Of a DNA stretch of 64,000 nucleotides, positions 51,201-64,000 are shown piece after piece (the first letter of the stretch is position 1; each line of letters begins with the position of its first letter). The stretch comes from Bugula neritina. Taxonomy: Eukaryota > Animalia > Bryozoa. The position numbers and the translations under genes were made by a program. The notes beneath the pieces were generated by a model. The model was not told the origin of the DNA. It made no database searches and was given only the letters and a program-made list of their open reading frames with translations. Where the stretch lies: positions 15,490,642 through 15,554,641 of the forward strand of contig OZ037770.1 of NCBI GenBank assembly GCA_964035545.1, read 5' to 3'.

Positions 51201-54200
51201 ACATACAATGGGGTGAGTTAACAGTTGTGGGCTGGCATGTATACAAGGGGAGAAAGTATCAAATTGACTTTCTTTTTAAAGTCATCATACAAATTGTTTG
51301 AAATATTTATTTAAGCCCTAATAAAAGTGCTGCTATTAAAATAAATATTTTCTAAAGTAATATTCCATCCCACTGTGTAGAATTTACACAAAGTCTCTGA
51401 AAATATTAATGGTATGAGACACAACTTCTTAACTAAAATAAAGTGACAGTAATATTCTAAACTAAGGTACTACATCTAGTAGCTATAGCAGTCTAGAGTT
51501 ATTACCTGTGGTTTCTGAGGTAAGGAAATACTCTACTAAGAATATTGTTCAGTAGAGATGTTACTTTGTCTTTATCTTCACTCGGATAAACTACGTCCAG
51601 TAGACCAGCTGTTACCTAGCAACACAATAACATAATCTTACTCTTACAGTTACCCTAACTAGCACAGGTTTACTCTTACAGTTGCTCTAGCTAGCACAAG
51701 TTTACTCTTACAGCTACCCTAGCTAGCACAGGTTTACTCTTACAATTACCCTAGCTAGACCAGGTTTACTCTTACAGTTACCCTAACTAGCAGAGGTTTA
51801 CTCTTACAGTTACCCTAGCCAGCACAGGTTTACTCTTACAGTTACCCTAGCCAGCACAGGTTTACTCTTACAGTTACCCTAGCCAGCAGAGGTTTACTCT
51901 TACAGTTACCTCGGCCAGCAGAGCTAGAGCGTGTGAAGTGTACTCTGACTCGTGCTCCTCAGTTGAAGTCTCATCAACTGATATCCCGGGTGCAGTAGAA
52001 CTCATTGAGTCTGATGCCATGTTGTAGAGCTCATTGCTAGAATCTGATGACGGTGCTTTGACCTGATGATATGAAAAATATCATGTGGTTAGAGTTGTAA
52101 GCCACGACCTTTAAGACTGCAACTGTGCCTCTCACCATATGAGTTGAGGACAAAGTAAAGAAGGGTGAATATAAAACACTGGAAACAAACTCATAGTGCA
52201 TCTCAAGCAGAGAAACTTCAACACGATATTGATACTGAGACATAGGATAGAAAACTTTCTGGAATAAACATGAGTTCTACAGAGTACTGAGGAGATGTGT
52301 ATAACATACTAGACACACTGTGTAACATACTAGACACACTGTGTATATCATACTAGACACACTGTGTATAACATACTAGACACACTGTGTATATCATACT
52401 ATACCCACCTTCACCGTGTAATTCTTTCTGATTGTCCAAGAGCTGGCCTCCAGTTGCGACGAGACAATTTGACAGCAGGCTTCCAGAACCTTCCCTACGA
52501 TCTCCTGAAAACATTTGTATACAGAATACTGTACTTTGGTGAAGAATTGGACATCTAAATCAAACACCTGACACCAAGAGAATGATAAAATGGAATTTCA
52601 GTAATATTCAGTGAGTAGATTGAAGGTTGAGTAAGTGACTGAGTGATGCTATTATCTCATAACCCAGTCCTAAAGTTACTGATGGCGGTAACCCAATAAA
52701 TGTGTCATAGTAATGACAGCAGACCAAAGCCTAAGGCTTTAACTTGGTAGAATTTACCAACAAAGATTTTACCTGCAGATCCTTGATGACTTTCTTGTCG
52801 TCAAGATTTCCGAGTTTATGTACGAACTCCGTCACCGTCCTAAAAGAGACAGAAGGAAGAATATATTGTACAGTTCTAGTACAAACAGAACACAGGATGA
52901 GTTGAAGTTGGTCAGTAACTTACTCTAAGAGTAGCAATATTCCAGGGGCGGGTAGTCCGAGCTGCAAACAATGCTTGAGCAGCACGCACACAGAACTGAG
53001 GCTATTCTTAGCTATAGAACCCGTCTTGACGATGTAGCCTTTGAGAAACTTGAGACAACTGAGTTGGAGAATAACCTGTAGGATCAGAAAGAGGAAGCTA
53101 ATGCTACGAAGGGAACACAAACTACAAACATATCTCCTGTAATCCATACACTCTACACAACTGAGACGGGTTCAGTAGACTGAGTTGGTTCCACATGCAG
53201 TGACTTAGCAGACGGACAACTGCAGACGTGGCATGACGGGAGCAGACAACTGCTGGTAACATGACTAAGCTATGTGCAGGTGAACAGGGGATAAGGTAAC
53301 AGGTAGACTAAATATTTACATAATATGAAACTATAAAGGATTATTAACTTTGCCAATTTCATGTATCAGCAAATTTGATTGGTTAAATATAGACACTAGA
53401 ATTAGAGAGTTGAAGATACGCATGACATATATTGTTATTAAGTAAGTCACATGATGTACTAGCTGCAGGCAATCTGGTAGACAACTCCTCAACACAGAGA
53501 GAGGAGGTAACTTGGGAATTCCATGACTTACAAAGGTACTGTAGAGTTCACTGCTACTAGACGTTTAAATACATGACATGCAGGTGTCAACAAGCTCATA
53601 ACCAAAGCATGCGTATAGAGAGAAACTGAGCCAACCCTGGCATTATCTCTCCACTAACACAGAATTATATAACTCTCATCTTTAGATGGTATAGATGTTA
53701 GTTTCTGAGTGAAATCGTATGATAATAAAAGATGTCATTTGGTCTTGTTTGAAAAATCTTGAAAGTAGATTAAAATTGTAGTCAAAGCTGTTGAGGAATA
53801 TTCTAAAGTGTGTTAAATGTGCAGCTCAGTAGTTCTCTGCAATTAACTTGGTAATGTGGCACAGGAAATGCTTGCGCAGTGTCTCTCTACAGGAAGTGGT
53901 GGATTTACCTGATCCGTCTGCGAGAGGCAGTTAGTGTAGACAAGATGGAGCTGTTAGATACAGTATAACAACATTACGTCACAGCTATTACGTCACAATG
54001 TAGCATGATGTTATTATGGCAGCACATGAAGCTGTACAGTGGCAGCGTTCACCAGATAAGAAGTAACATGGGTGAGTAGGCAGTATACTGACAGCGACTT
54101 TACAAAGATTCTTACTTTTCTAAATTTCAAAAGTTTTTTTTCAACAAAATAATATTTAGTCAATATGAAAACACATTTTCTGAACAGCTACAGATGAAAG

Positions 54201-57200
54201 CGTAGCTCAATAGAAATTAAATTTGTTAGGCAGATTTTAAGTGGAAAACATATTATAGCAACGTTTCCCAATCCACACCAATACATTAGAAACACATCGT
54301 AGAAAAGTCACTCTCAGCTGTGGTTAGTTAAACCCATTTCTTACAACAGCCAGTGATGTGTCACTATTTGATTGGTTTACATATTTACTTTTGAACCCTG
54401 CAACAGAATTGTATATTAGGAAAAACCATGTAGTTCAACTACTGGTCTCATATTCAGGAGTTATCTTTTCATTATTCTCTCATTATATCTAGAAGTTATC
54501 TTCTTATTATATCTGGGAGTTACCCTCTCAAAATATTTAGAAGTTATCCTTTTACTATATCTAGGAGTTATTCTCTTATTACATCTAAGAGTTATCTTCT
54601 CATTATATCTAGGATTTATCCTCTTAATTGCCTATAGTGCATACAAACAGTTACATAGACACATTCTACTCAATTTCTGAGTGCAGAATACCAGCATGAG
54701 AGATTGATTATCCTTTCCAGTACTAAACTAAAGCATTTAATTAAAGTTTGCTCCAAATATATCAAGTGGAGATAACAGAGAAGGTAAAATATAGATACGA
54801 CAGCAAGCTCATCCTGGTATTTTACAAACAAAGAGTTACAAGTACATTCAGGTGTCTTACAACATGTAGTGAGAGCAGTTGCTACGGCAACCAACTGTTA
54901 GGAAAGACAACTCTTAATTAACATATTTTCATATTTGCAAACCTAAAGTCTAAAACTCTTAAATAAAATTAAACTAATGAAAATTGGCTACTGCATAATC
55001 CATGTTCATTTACAAACCTGCACCATCTGACAGATTCAGTTTATTTACTATGACACCCACTTTTAGCGTCTTGTCATAACTGGCAGGTGTGACATTTGAC
55101 ATTACTGACAGGTGTGACATTTGACATTACTGACAGGTGTGACATCTGACATTACTGACAGGTGTGACATTTGACATTACTGACAGGTGTCACATTTGAC
55201 ATTACTGACAGGTGTGACATTTGATATAACTGACAGGTGTGACATCTGACATTACTGACAGGTGTGACATTTGATATAACTGACAGATGTCACACCTGTC
55301 ATAACTGACAGATGTCACATGACACACACACTAGTGACAAGCATCCAACAGCTACCTGACACCATCAATCACTTGCTAACTGAATAACCAGACACCTGTC
55401 ACTCACCCTGGTATTAGTCTGATGATCAGTGGCAGGTGGTTTCTTCATGACAACAGCCAGTTTGTCCACTATAGTGTCCATGGGCAAGGCTTTAATGGAT
55501 ATCAGCAGGTCTACCAGAGTAGATTGAGTGAGGTGGGCTGATTTTATCACATCCTGACTGAAACATCATGGATAGTAATATAGGTGAGACTGTGTCTAGT
55601 CCAACCTGCTGTTGTGTATGTTGAGAAGTTCTCAGAAAAATCTAGACAGAAATTAGCTAACCTTTTGCTACGAAATGTAAAGAAGTTGCAAAGTCAAATT
55701 GTCAAAGCCTAAAGCATTTAGGTTTAGAGTGATATTTAAAGTTGCTGGCAAGCACTGTTATTTGAAAAGAGTTAGGGATTAAAAAGGTAACAAGTGGGTA
55801 TAGGCTTGGCTGAATATATATGAATATCTGAGAAAACTGAGTAGTGACTTATTAGGCAAGCAATGAATAAACAGCTATCAAGTTATACTAATATATTTTC
55901 CATATAATTTACATTTTTTAGCTGTGGTTATAGCAAAAACAAAGCAATTCATTAAAAGGCATCAAAGATATAACTTCAGAGATTTACGAAACCAACATGA
56001 ATAATAACAAAGTAATGGATTTCTAGCAAATAAAATTAATAAGAGTACTATTACAGCAGTACACTAAGATAAGAGCACTATTACAGCAGTACACTGAGGT
56101 AAGAGCACTACTACAGCAGTGCACTGAGATAAGAGCACTATTACAGCAGTACACTGAGGTAAGAGCACTATTACAGCAGTACACTGAGGTAAGAGCTGTC
56201 ACTGTTAAAACATGCAGGTGTGAAAGATTTGGCTGAGAGTGTGAATTTTATTACTGAAAATTTGTTTGCAAGCATTACACGCAAATAGCCTTATATCATA
56301 TTTCCTTAACACAGAAACAGTAATCTCACTGTACAAATTGCAACAGTTGGAAGTTGTGTAGAATTTTGATATCAGTGCAAAACCAACAACGTCATTGATT
56401 TCAAATACAGAGAATTTTAAGACTGACAACTTTTTGTTTTGTTTGTCATAGAAAGATTTAAGAGTCAAGAATTTTAACGGAAGTGTCTGTGAAACATAAG
56501 CTGGTGAAGGTAGGAAGCAGATTTACAGTACAGGAAGTAGTAAGGAGCTTTAGATGTATATGAGTCAAGGTAAAGACATACAGGTAAAGGTAGCACTGTA
56601 GTCAAGATAAAGACATACAGGTAAAGGTAGCACTGTAGTTAATGTAAAGACATACAGGTAAAGGTAGCACTGTAGTCAATGTAAAGACATACAGGTAAAG
56701 GTAACACTGTAGTCAAGATAAAGACATACAGGTAAAGGTAGCACTGTAGTTAATGTAAAGACATACAGGTAAAGGTAGCACTGTAGTCAATGTAAAGACA
56801 TACAGGTAAAGGTAACACTGTAGTCAAGGTAAAGACATACAGGTAAAGGCAACACTGGGTAATTAGTTAATACAATGCTGTAACAGGTAAATAGAACAAG
56901 AGGTGAATGCAGGTAAAAAAGGTGACCGCAGGTAAAAGAGGTTAAACTCACCAGACTAGTCTATAGCTAATGAATACAACAGAAAGATATACAGACGTAC
57001 AGACATACTATGGTTAACACAGCTACATAAGGGGCTTACAATACAGTGGTGATAGAAAGATGGACTACAAGGAGGTAAAAACAAGGGAATTATTCAATAA
57101 CTGTCTGGGCTCCATGCTACAATATATAGAAAGGATAAACCAAAGTTACCAAGAGGGTACTACTGAGCAAAATGGAAGATCTAGAAACAGTGAGAGAATG

Positions 57201-60200
57201 TAAGAGAAGACAAACCTGTCACTCCAGACCACTGAGACAGACCCAAGCAGCTCCTCCGCGTAGTTGTGTAGGATGGGACTGAAGTACTCGTTGACCAACT
57301 GTACCACCTGCAAGGGGAGCAGAGACTATGAGTAACTATGGTGCTGTAAGCCCCGCCCTGCTGTAAGCCCCGCCCTGCTGTAAGCCCCGCCCAGTTCTGC
57401 GTACCTAATATACTATTGCACTAACTCATGGCTGTTCATAAAACGATTAAGATTCAGAAACTCTGCTGTGAGCATAACTACTGGTACACAACACAGCCAC
57501 ACCCACAGCACAGAGCCACGCCCACCACCACGCCCACAACACACAGCCACGCCCACAGCCACGCCCACCGCCACACCTACAACACACAGCCAACCCCACA
57601 ACAGAACTGCCTGTAAGGACAAAGATGAAAATTACTTTGGAGTTGTCAGCCCGTTGGTAGACCCTCCAGAGGTTGCTGACGCTGGCGAGGATCTTCGGCA
57701 GAATACTGAGGAGGCTGTCCCTGCACTTTACTCTGGGGTCATAGTAGACCTTACCTGTGCGATACAGTGCATGTATTACAGTATAAGACATGTATACTAC
57801 TCTGGGGTCATAGTACACCTTACCTGTGCGATACAGTGCATGTATTACAGTATAAGACATGTATACTACTCTGGGGTCATAGTACACCTTACCTGTGCGA
57901 TACAGTGCATGTATTACAGTATAAGACATGTATACTACTCTGGGGTCATAGTAGACCTTACCTGTGCGATACAGTGCATGTATTACAGTATAATACATGT
58001 ATACTACTCTGGGGTCATAGTAGACCTTACCTGTGCGATACAGTGCATGTATTACAGTATAATACGTGCACTTTACTCTGGGGTCATAGTAGACCTTACC
58101 TGTGCGATACAGTGCATGTATTACAGTATAATACATGTATACTACTCTGGGGTCATAGTAGACCTTACCTGTGCGATACAGTGCATGTATTACAGTATAA
58201 GACATGCACTTTACTCTGGGGTCATAGTAGACCTTACCTGTGCGATACAGTGCATGTATTACAGTATAAGACATGCACTTTACTCTGGGGTCATAGTACA
58301 CCTTACCTGTGCGATACAGTGCATGTATTACAGTATAAGACATGTATGTTTGGTAAAGTATAATGAAATACAATACCTTATATCATGTGCAGTAACAAAG
58401 TTAAAAGCTAAGAAACACGGCCTACTAACAGGTATACCTGCGGCGTCATGGTCCGCACTCGGGTTGCCCCCCTTTCTGGTGAGGGGGTTGAAGACGCTGA
58501 CCAGGTTAGAGAAGATCTGACCGGTGCTGATTCCAGGGGGTTTGGAGTCCTCCAGAGACTGGGAGGCAGACACCTCCATGAAGCAGAGGTGACAGATCAT
58601 GGTGAAGTCTTCTAGGATCTGCGGCACGTAGTCCGGGGGCAACACGCTCCTGTGATATTATGGTAGCTGAAGTTTAGAGAGTAAAATCAACAAACAGGTG
58701 TGGATTAAAGGTGTGGTTAGGTAATTGCTTGAGATTTCACTTTGATAGTAATTTGGGTGAAAATAGGCAAGGCAGTTGAATCATATTTATAAATAAAGTA
58801 TGGGACAGGAACATGTTTGCTTTATCAATTCACATCACAATGTAGTCACTCTCACTGTCACATCACAATGTAGTCACTCTCACTGTCACATCACAATGTA
58901 GTCACTCTCACTGTCACATCACAATGTAGTCACTCTCACTCACATCACAATGTAGTCACTCTCACTGTCACATCACAACTAAAGTAGTCACATCACAATG
59001 TAGTCACTCTCACTGTCACATCACAATGTAGTCACTCTCACTGTCACATCACAATGTAGTCACTCTCACTGTCACATCACAATGTAGTCACTCTCACTGT
59101 CACATCACAATATAGTCACTCTCACTGTCACATCACAATATAGTCACTCTCACTCACACCACAATGTAGTCACTCTCACTGTCACACCACAATGTAGTCA
59201 CTCTCACTGTCACACCACAATGTAGTCACTCTCACTCACATCACAAACGGATTGTCAAAGTTGGCACAAATTCTGTCGAAGATGCTGCAGACGGAGGAGA
59301 CGACTGACTGCAGGAAGTTGGCTGTGATTGGCTGAGAGATGACGTGGGGGAGAGAGTTGTTGATAACGGAGAGCCAGTGGTGATGTACAGCTGCCAGTTT
59401 GTCCTCAGAGAGGTGTGCTGTTATACTAGAGAGAAGGGAGGGGTGGGAGAACATCCGCCTTTTGAACAGGTGGGGAGCTAAGCCTACAGTCAGTAGTTAG
59501 AACAGTACAGTATTACAGCAGTATACTGTAGACATAGCAGAGTATACTGCATACATAACAGAGTATACTGCATACATAGCAGAGTATAGTACAGCAATAG
59601 AATAGTATAATACAGTAATAGAATAGTATAATACAGTAATAGAATAGTATAATACAGTAATAGAATAGTATAATGCAGTAATAGCAGAGTATAATACAGT
59701 AATAGAATAGTATAATACAGTAATAGAATAGTATAATACAGTAATAGAATAGTATAATACAGTAATAGAATAGTATAATACAGTAATAGAAGAGTATAAT
59801 ACAGTAATAGAAGAGTATAATACGGTAATAGCAGAGTATAATACAGTGATAACAGAGTATAATACAGTAATAGAATAGTATAATACAGTATTACAGAAGT
59901 ACCATTGTCATGTAATAAACAATATTGAAGTCACGAAGAGATGGAGGACAGAAAGGCGAACCTTTGTTGGCAGCACTCTGTCCCTCGTGAACCGTCTGCA
60001 GTTTAGACTCCAAGAGGATGAGACCCTCGGTGAGCAGCAGACACTGTCTGAAGAGTGAGACGTTTGCGGTCGGATCATGTAGTACTCCTGTAACAGTAGA
60101 GTAAGCAACTCCTGTAACAGTAGAGTAAGCAACTCCTGTAACAGTATAGTACAGACAACTCCTGTAACAGTGTAGTACAGACAACTCCTGTAACAGTATA

Positions 60201-63200
60201 GTACAGACAACTCCTGTATCAGTAGAGTAGACAACTCCTGTAACAGTAGAGTACAGACAACTCCTGTAACAGTAGAGTACAGACAACTCCTGTAACAGTA
60301 TAGTACAGACAACTCCTGTAACAGTATAGTACAGACAACTCCTGTAACAGTAGAGACAACTCCTGTAACAGTATAGTACAGACAACTCCTGTAACAGTAT
60401 AGTACAGACAACTCCTGTAACAGTATAGTACAGACAACTCCTGTAACAGTATAGTAGAGACAACTCCTGTAACAGTATAGTAGAGACAACTCCTGTAACA
60501 GTATAGTAGAGACAACTCCTGTATCAGTATAGTAGGGACAACTCCTGTATCAGTATAGTAGAGACAACTCCTGTAACAGTATAGTACAGACAACTCCTGT
60601 AACAGTATAGTAGAGACAACTCCTGTATCAGTATAGTACAGACAACTCCTGTATCAGTATAGTGCAGACAACTCCTGTTATCCTCACCTAAACCCTGCAG
60701 ACGCTCAGCTCTCTCCTCCATCAAACTCTGGAGGTGAAAGACGCAAGTCTTGACAACTTTGTACTTGTGTAGGATATCCACGAGGTAGGAGGGGAACCCC
60801 TTGGGGGAGTCAGCGAGGATGTGACAGAGGTCAAAGGTCAGCGCTGACAAGAGATGCACCGACTTGAGTTGCACTTGACTATTCCGTGAGATGGAGTTGT
60901 CGCCTCTCTTGTCTATGGTGTTGCTATGGTAACTGCAATACAACAAATACTAAGATATAGATAGAGTTATCTCTCCCCTCTTGAATACACAGTTGCCATG
61001 GTAACTGTAAAGAGGACAGACAACTACTAAGATATGGACGTAGTCGACTACGCAGAGTATTACCTTCTCCAGAAGTAGAGACAGAGAGTAACAATGATCT
61101 CTAGCAGTCTAACGTTCCTCAGAGATACGAGATCCTCCTGGGAGAGGTCACTGTAGAAGTTGTGTCCCTCTAGAGATCGAGTGTGTCTAGCTAGTAGACT
61201 GAGCACCTTGTTATCAGAGCAGGTGGAGGTGGTGAGTTTGGAGAGAACAAGGCTAGGCTCTACTTGTATTATTTTCTACAAAATATTATAATATATATTA
61301 CACATAACATACAGTACTGTACACTGTATATACTATATACTATACTGTATACTGTATGCACCATACATACTATACTATATACTATACAGTACTGTACACT
61401 GTATATACTATACATACTATATACTATACAGTACTGTACACTGTATATACTATACATACTATATACTATACAGTACTGTACACTGTATATACTATACATA
61501 CTATATACTATACAGTACTGTACACTGTATATACTATACATACTATATAGTACTGTACACTGTATAAACTATACATACTATATACTATACAGTACTGTAC
61601 ACTGTATAAACTATACATACTATATACTATACAGTACTGTACACTGTATATACTATACATACTATATACTATACAGTACTGTACACTGTATATACTATAC
61701 ATACTATATACTATACAGTACTGTACACTGTATATACTATACATACTATATACTATACAGTACTGTACACTGTATATACTATACTATACTATGTACTATG
61801 CAGTACTGTACACTGTATATACTATACTATATACTGTATATACTATAGTGCAAGTTCTAATAACTATACCTGAATAATACTGAAGGCAAACAGCACACGC
61901 TCCGTATCATAGCACTGGTCATATATGAGAATAAAGCCCAGGATACCTGCAGTACCTTCACTCGGGCTATCAGCAGCCACAGCTTCAGACTACAACACAC
62001 ATCAAAGAGACAGTGATAAAATAATAGTGAGGTACACGCGTAGTGATGACATCATCAGAACACGCAGAGCAGAATAGCACCTGTTGTTGTCTGTCACCAG
62101 AGGAAGCAGTAGACTCTGTGCTGTTAGCAGAAGACAGGCCACTACCGCGACGACCTTCTAGAGCATTCTCTTTCACCTCTGACCTTTCAGCTACCAATTC
62201 TTCAGCTGTATCCGTGTCGTCTGCCACCACAGCACCTTCCGGAAGACAACCAGTGTCCTCCACCAGAGGGGGTGGCTGCTCCACCACCCGGTGAGGCATG
62301 TTGGTGTCCGGCAGCGGAATGGCTGTGCTGGCACACGGCAGCGAAGTCGCCTTCACGTCTTCATTATTTGCTGACTCAGTGTCATCTTTGGAGGTCAAAC
62401 GCTTCACTTTAGACTTTCTCTTCGGTTTGACTGGCGGCTGAGCAGGCGGGGCTTCATTAGATTCGTCCACAGACTTCCTTTGACTAGAACTTTGATCTAC
62501 ATCATTAGATTTACTGCTGACATCGTTTCCTGTGCCATCAGGCACCACCGGGCAGCGGTCAGGTGGTGTGGCCATCTTGTCTGAAGTATTTTGGGAAGAG
62601 TCAGAGGGTGTTTCCGCTCCAAACACGATGCCTTCTTGTTTACACGTCTCTTTATCCAATCTCTTGGCCTTGGAGACTATAGACTGGTAGCTCTCCCCTT
62701 TATTAGAGACAGCTGTAGACCTGTTCATTACAGAAGGTAAGAGTTTGAACGGCAGAACAACATTGTGACACTTGAAACAAAGTGAACTCAGATTGAAAAC
62801 AAAAAAAAATAGTTTGAAAAGTATCAATCAAACTGTTCGAAGGAGCTGAGGCTAGAAATATTTAGGAGAATTAACTAAAGTTAGTAGCAGCCAACATTCA
62901 AGGTGATCATAGTCATATGCAATTATTTAGATAAAATGGCTAACCAATTTCTTCTTCTTTCTGCATGTTTCACAACCACTTCCCATTCAACAAGTTTCAA
63001 TTTCAAAAATAAAAGAAAGTAAAAGCTGATGTTAAAGTAGAGTATTTATGAGAACTTAGAAGAAGCAGATGACAAGAAGCAGACGACAGGAAGCAGATGA
63101 CAGGAAGCAGACGACAGGAAGCAGACGACAGGAAGCAGAAGACAGGAAGCAGAAGACAGGAAGCAGACGACAGGAAGCAGAAGACAGGAAGCAGAAGACA

Positions 63201-64000
63201 GGAAGCAGACGACAGGAAGCAGAAGACAGGAAGCAGACGACAGGAAGCAAATGACAGGAAGCAGAAGACAAGAAGCAGAAGACAACATGACTCACCATCT
63301 GCTCTTCAGAATCTCGTGAGGTGTGAAGCCCTCAAAAATCAGATGATCCAAATCACTGGAGTTACCGAAAGGGTTGAGGGCAAGTCCGGCACTCCGATAC
63401 TGAGTGACATTCTCACAGTCTAAGGGCTCCGTCACCAGCTGTGAAGGAGTCACGTGACCTTCCTTGGTTACTACAGACTGCGTGATTGGTCGAACTGGTC
63501 CTGTCTTGCTGCCACCTGGTGAATACTTGTATGCGTCATGTGAGAGAGAAGGCAATTGCTAACAGCTGTTTAACACTTGAACAGTTTAATTACAGAGAGC
63601 TGCCATATTATACACAACTTGATAATAAACTGACTATAAGTAAACAACTGACAATCTGTGTATACATAAAAATTACGCAAATATTGATGTGGGAGATGAG
63701 AAGACATGTTAACTGCAGGCTATTATACTACTTATGATGGAATGTTCACCATACAGTGTTATATAAACCATATAGTGTTATATAAACCGTACCAGTTTTC
63801 CGAGACACCCTGCCATCACTGCTAATAGACTGTATGCTCTTCTGGGCCGTCTCAAGAGACTGTGCGAGTAAATCTTCCTTGGTGGGTGTCGGCTCTTCTG
63901 TCTTTCTGTCTGTGAACATACAATACTAGTTGCAGTAGATACCAGTTATTACTAACTCAAGTCTCAGTAGATACTAGTAGATACTAACTGCGGTGTTGAA
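48237..64000 (-). CDS. DOP1: Dopey (DOP1/pad-1) protein, 3' portion; gene continues beyond the window
   Basis: More than 20 GT-AG exons whose translations resemble Dopey C-terminal segments as I recall them: KGFPSYLVDILHKYKV, PPDYVPQILE, LLDVVYPSEDKDKV...PYLRNH, ISSYQYTRRTWRRD, PDIQERLAENLRL, FLCFRVLLLRMSP..LTSLWPTIVTEL, LYLAACKLLD. Stop at 48237-48239. Confidence 0.92.
57723..58345. repeat. 69-bp minisatellite x9 spanning a DOP1 intron/exon junction
   Basis: Each unit contains cgcacag|GTAAGG(TC/TG)TACTATGACCCCAGAGTA on the minus strand. Confidence 0.95.
60085..60680. repeat. ~24-bp minisatellite filling a DOP1 intron
   Basis: About 25 units containing tg(t/a)tacag|GAGT on the minus strand. 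Confidence 0.95.

Larger units (their letters stand above)
48760..63285. repeat. Further DOP1 intronic mini/microsatellites
   Basis: Arrays at about 48760-48990, 49205-49420, 49450-49720, 50270-50400, 51635-51910, 52295-52400, 55080-55320, 56035-56195, 56560-56850, 58830-59240, 59590-59890, 61305-61850 and 63065-63285, each with a different unit. Confidence 0.9.

Noticed and set aside
39855-60680. Regular arrays as CRISPR
   Set aside because: Head-to-tail units without unique spacers, no cas genes and a eukaryotic context.
35550-63423. Long low-complexity ORFs (35550-36041, 39852-40490, 42875-43660, 57468-58520, 61264-61848, 63046-63423)
   Set aside because: Read-through of intronic satellites. 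Only the parts overlapping real exons are coding.

Overview
AT-rich, intron-containing invertebrate (probably spiralian; not verifiable from sequence alone) genomic DNA. In order: (1) a single-exon alpha-1,3-fucosyltransferase (GT10). (2) A head-to-head inverted duplication carrying two five-exon genes that the ORF track only partly touches. Spliced by hand, they encode secreted, strongly Trp/Phe/His-rich Spaetzle/neurotrophin-type cystine-knot precursors with a variable RRTTE repeat. (3) A young, full-length Ty3/Gypsy LTR retrotransposon inserted 143 bp upstream of one copy's TATA box, with a -1 frameshift signal, a broken pol and a non-env zinc-finger ORF3. (4) A non-autonomous hAT-type element between the two arms. 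(5) Three tandem 13-exon DEG/ENaC channel genes, the middle one a chimera of the outer two. (6) The 3' part of a Dopey/DOP1 gene whose introns carry many minisatellites seeded on splice junctions. All gene models were spliced and translated by eye and need RNA-seq confirmation.
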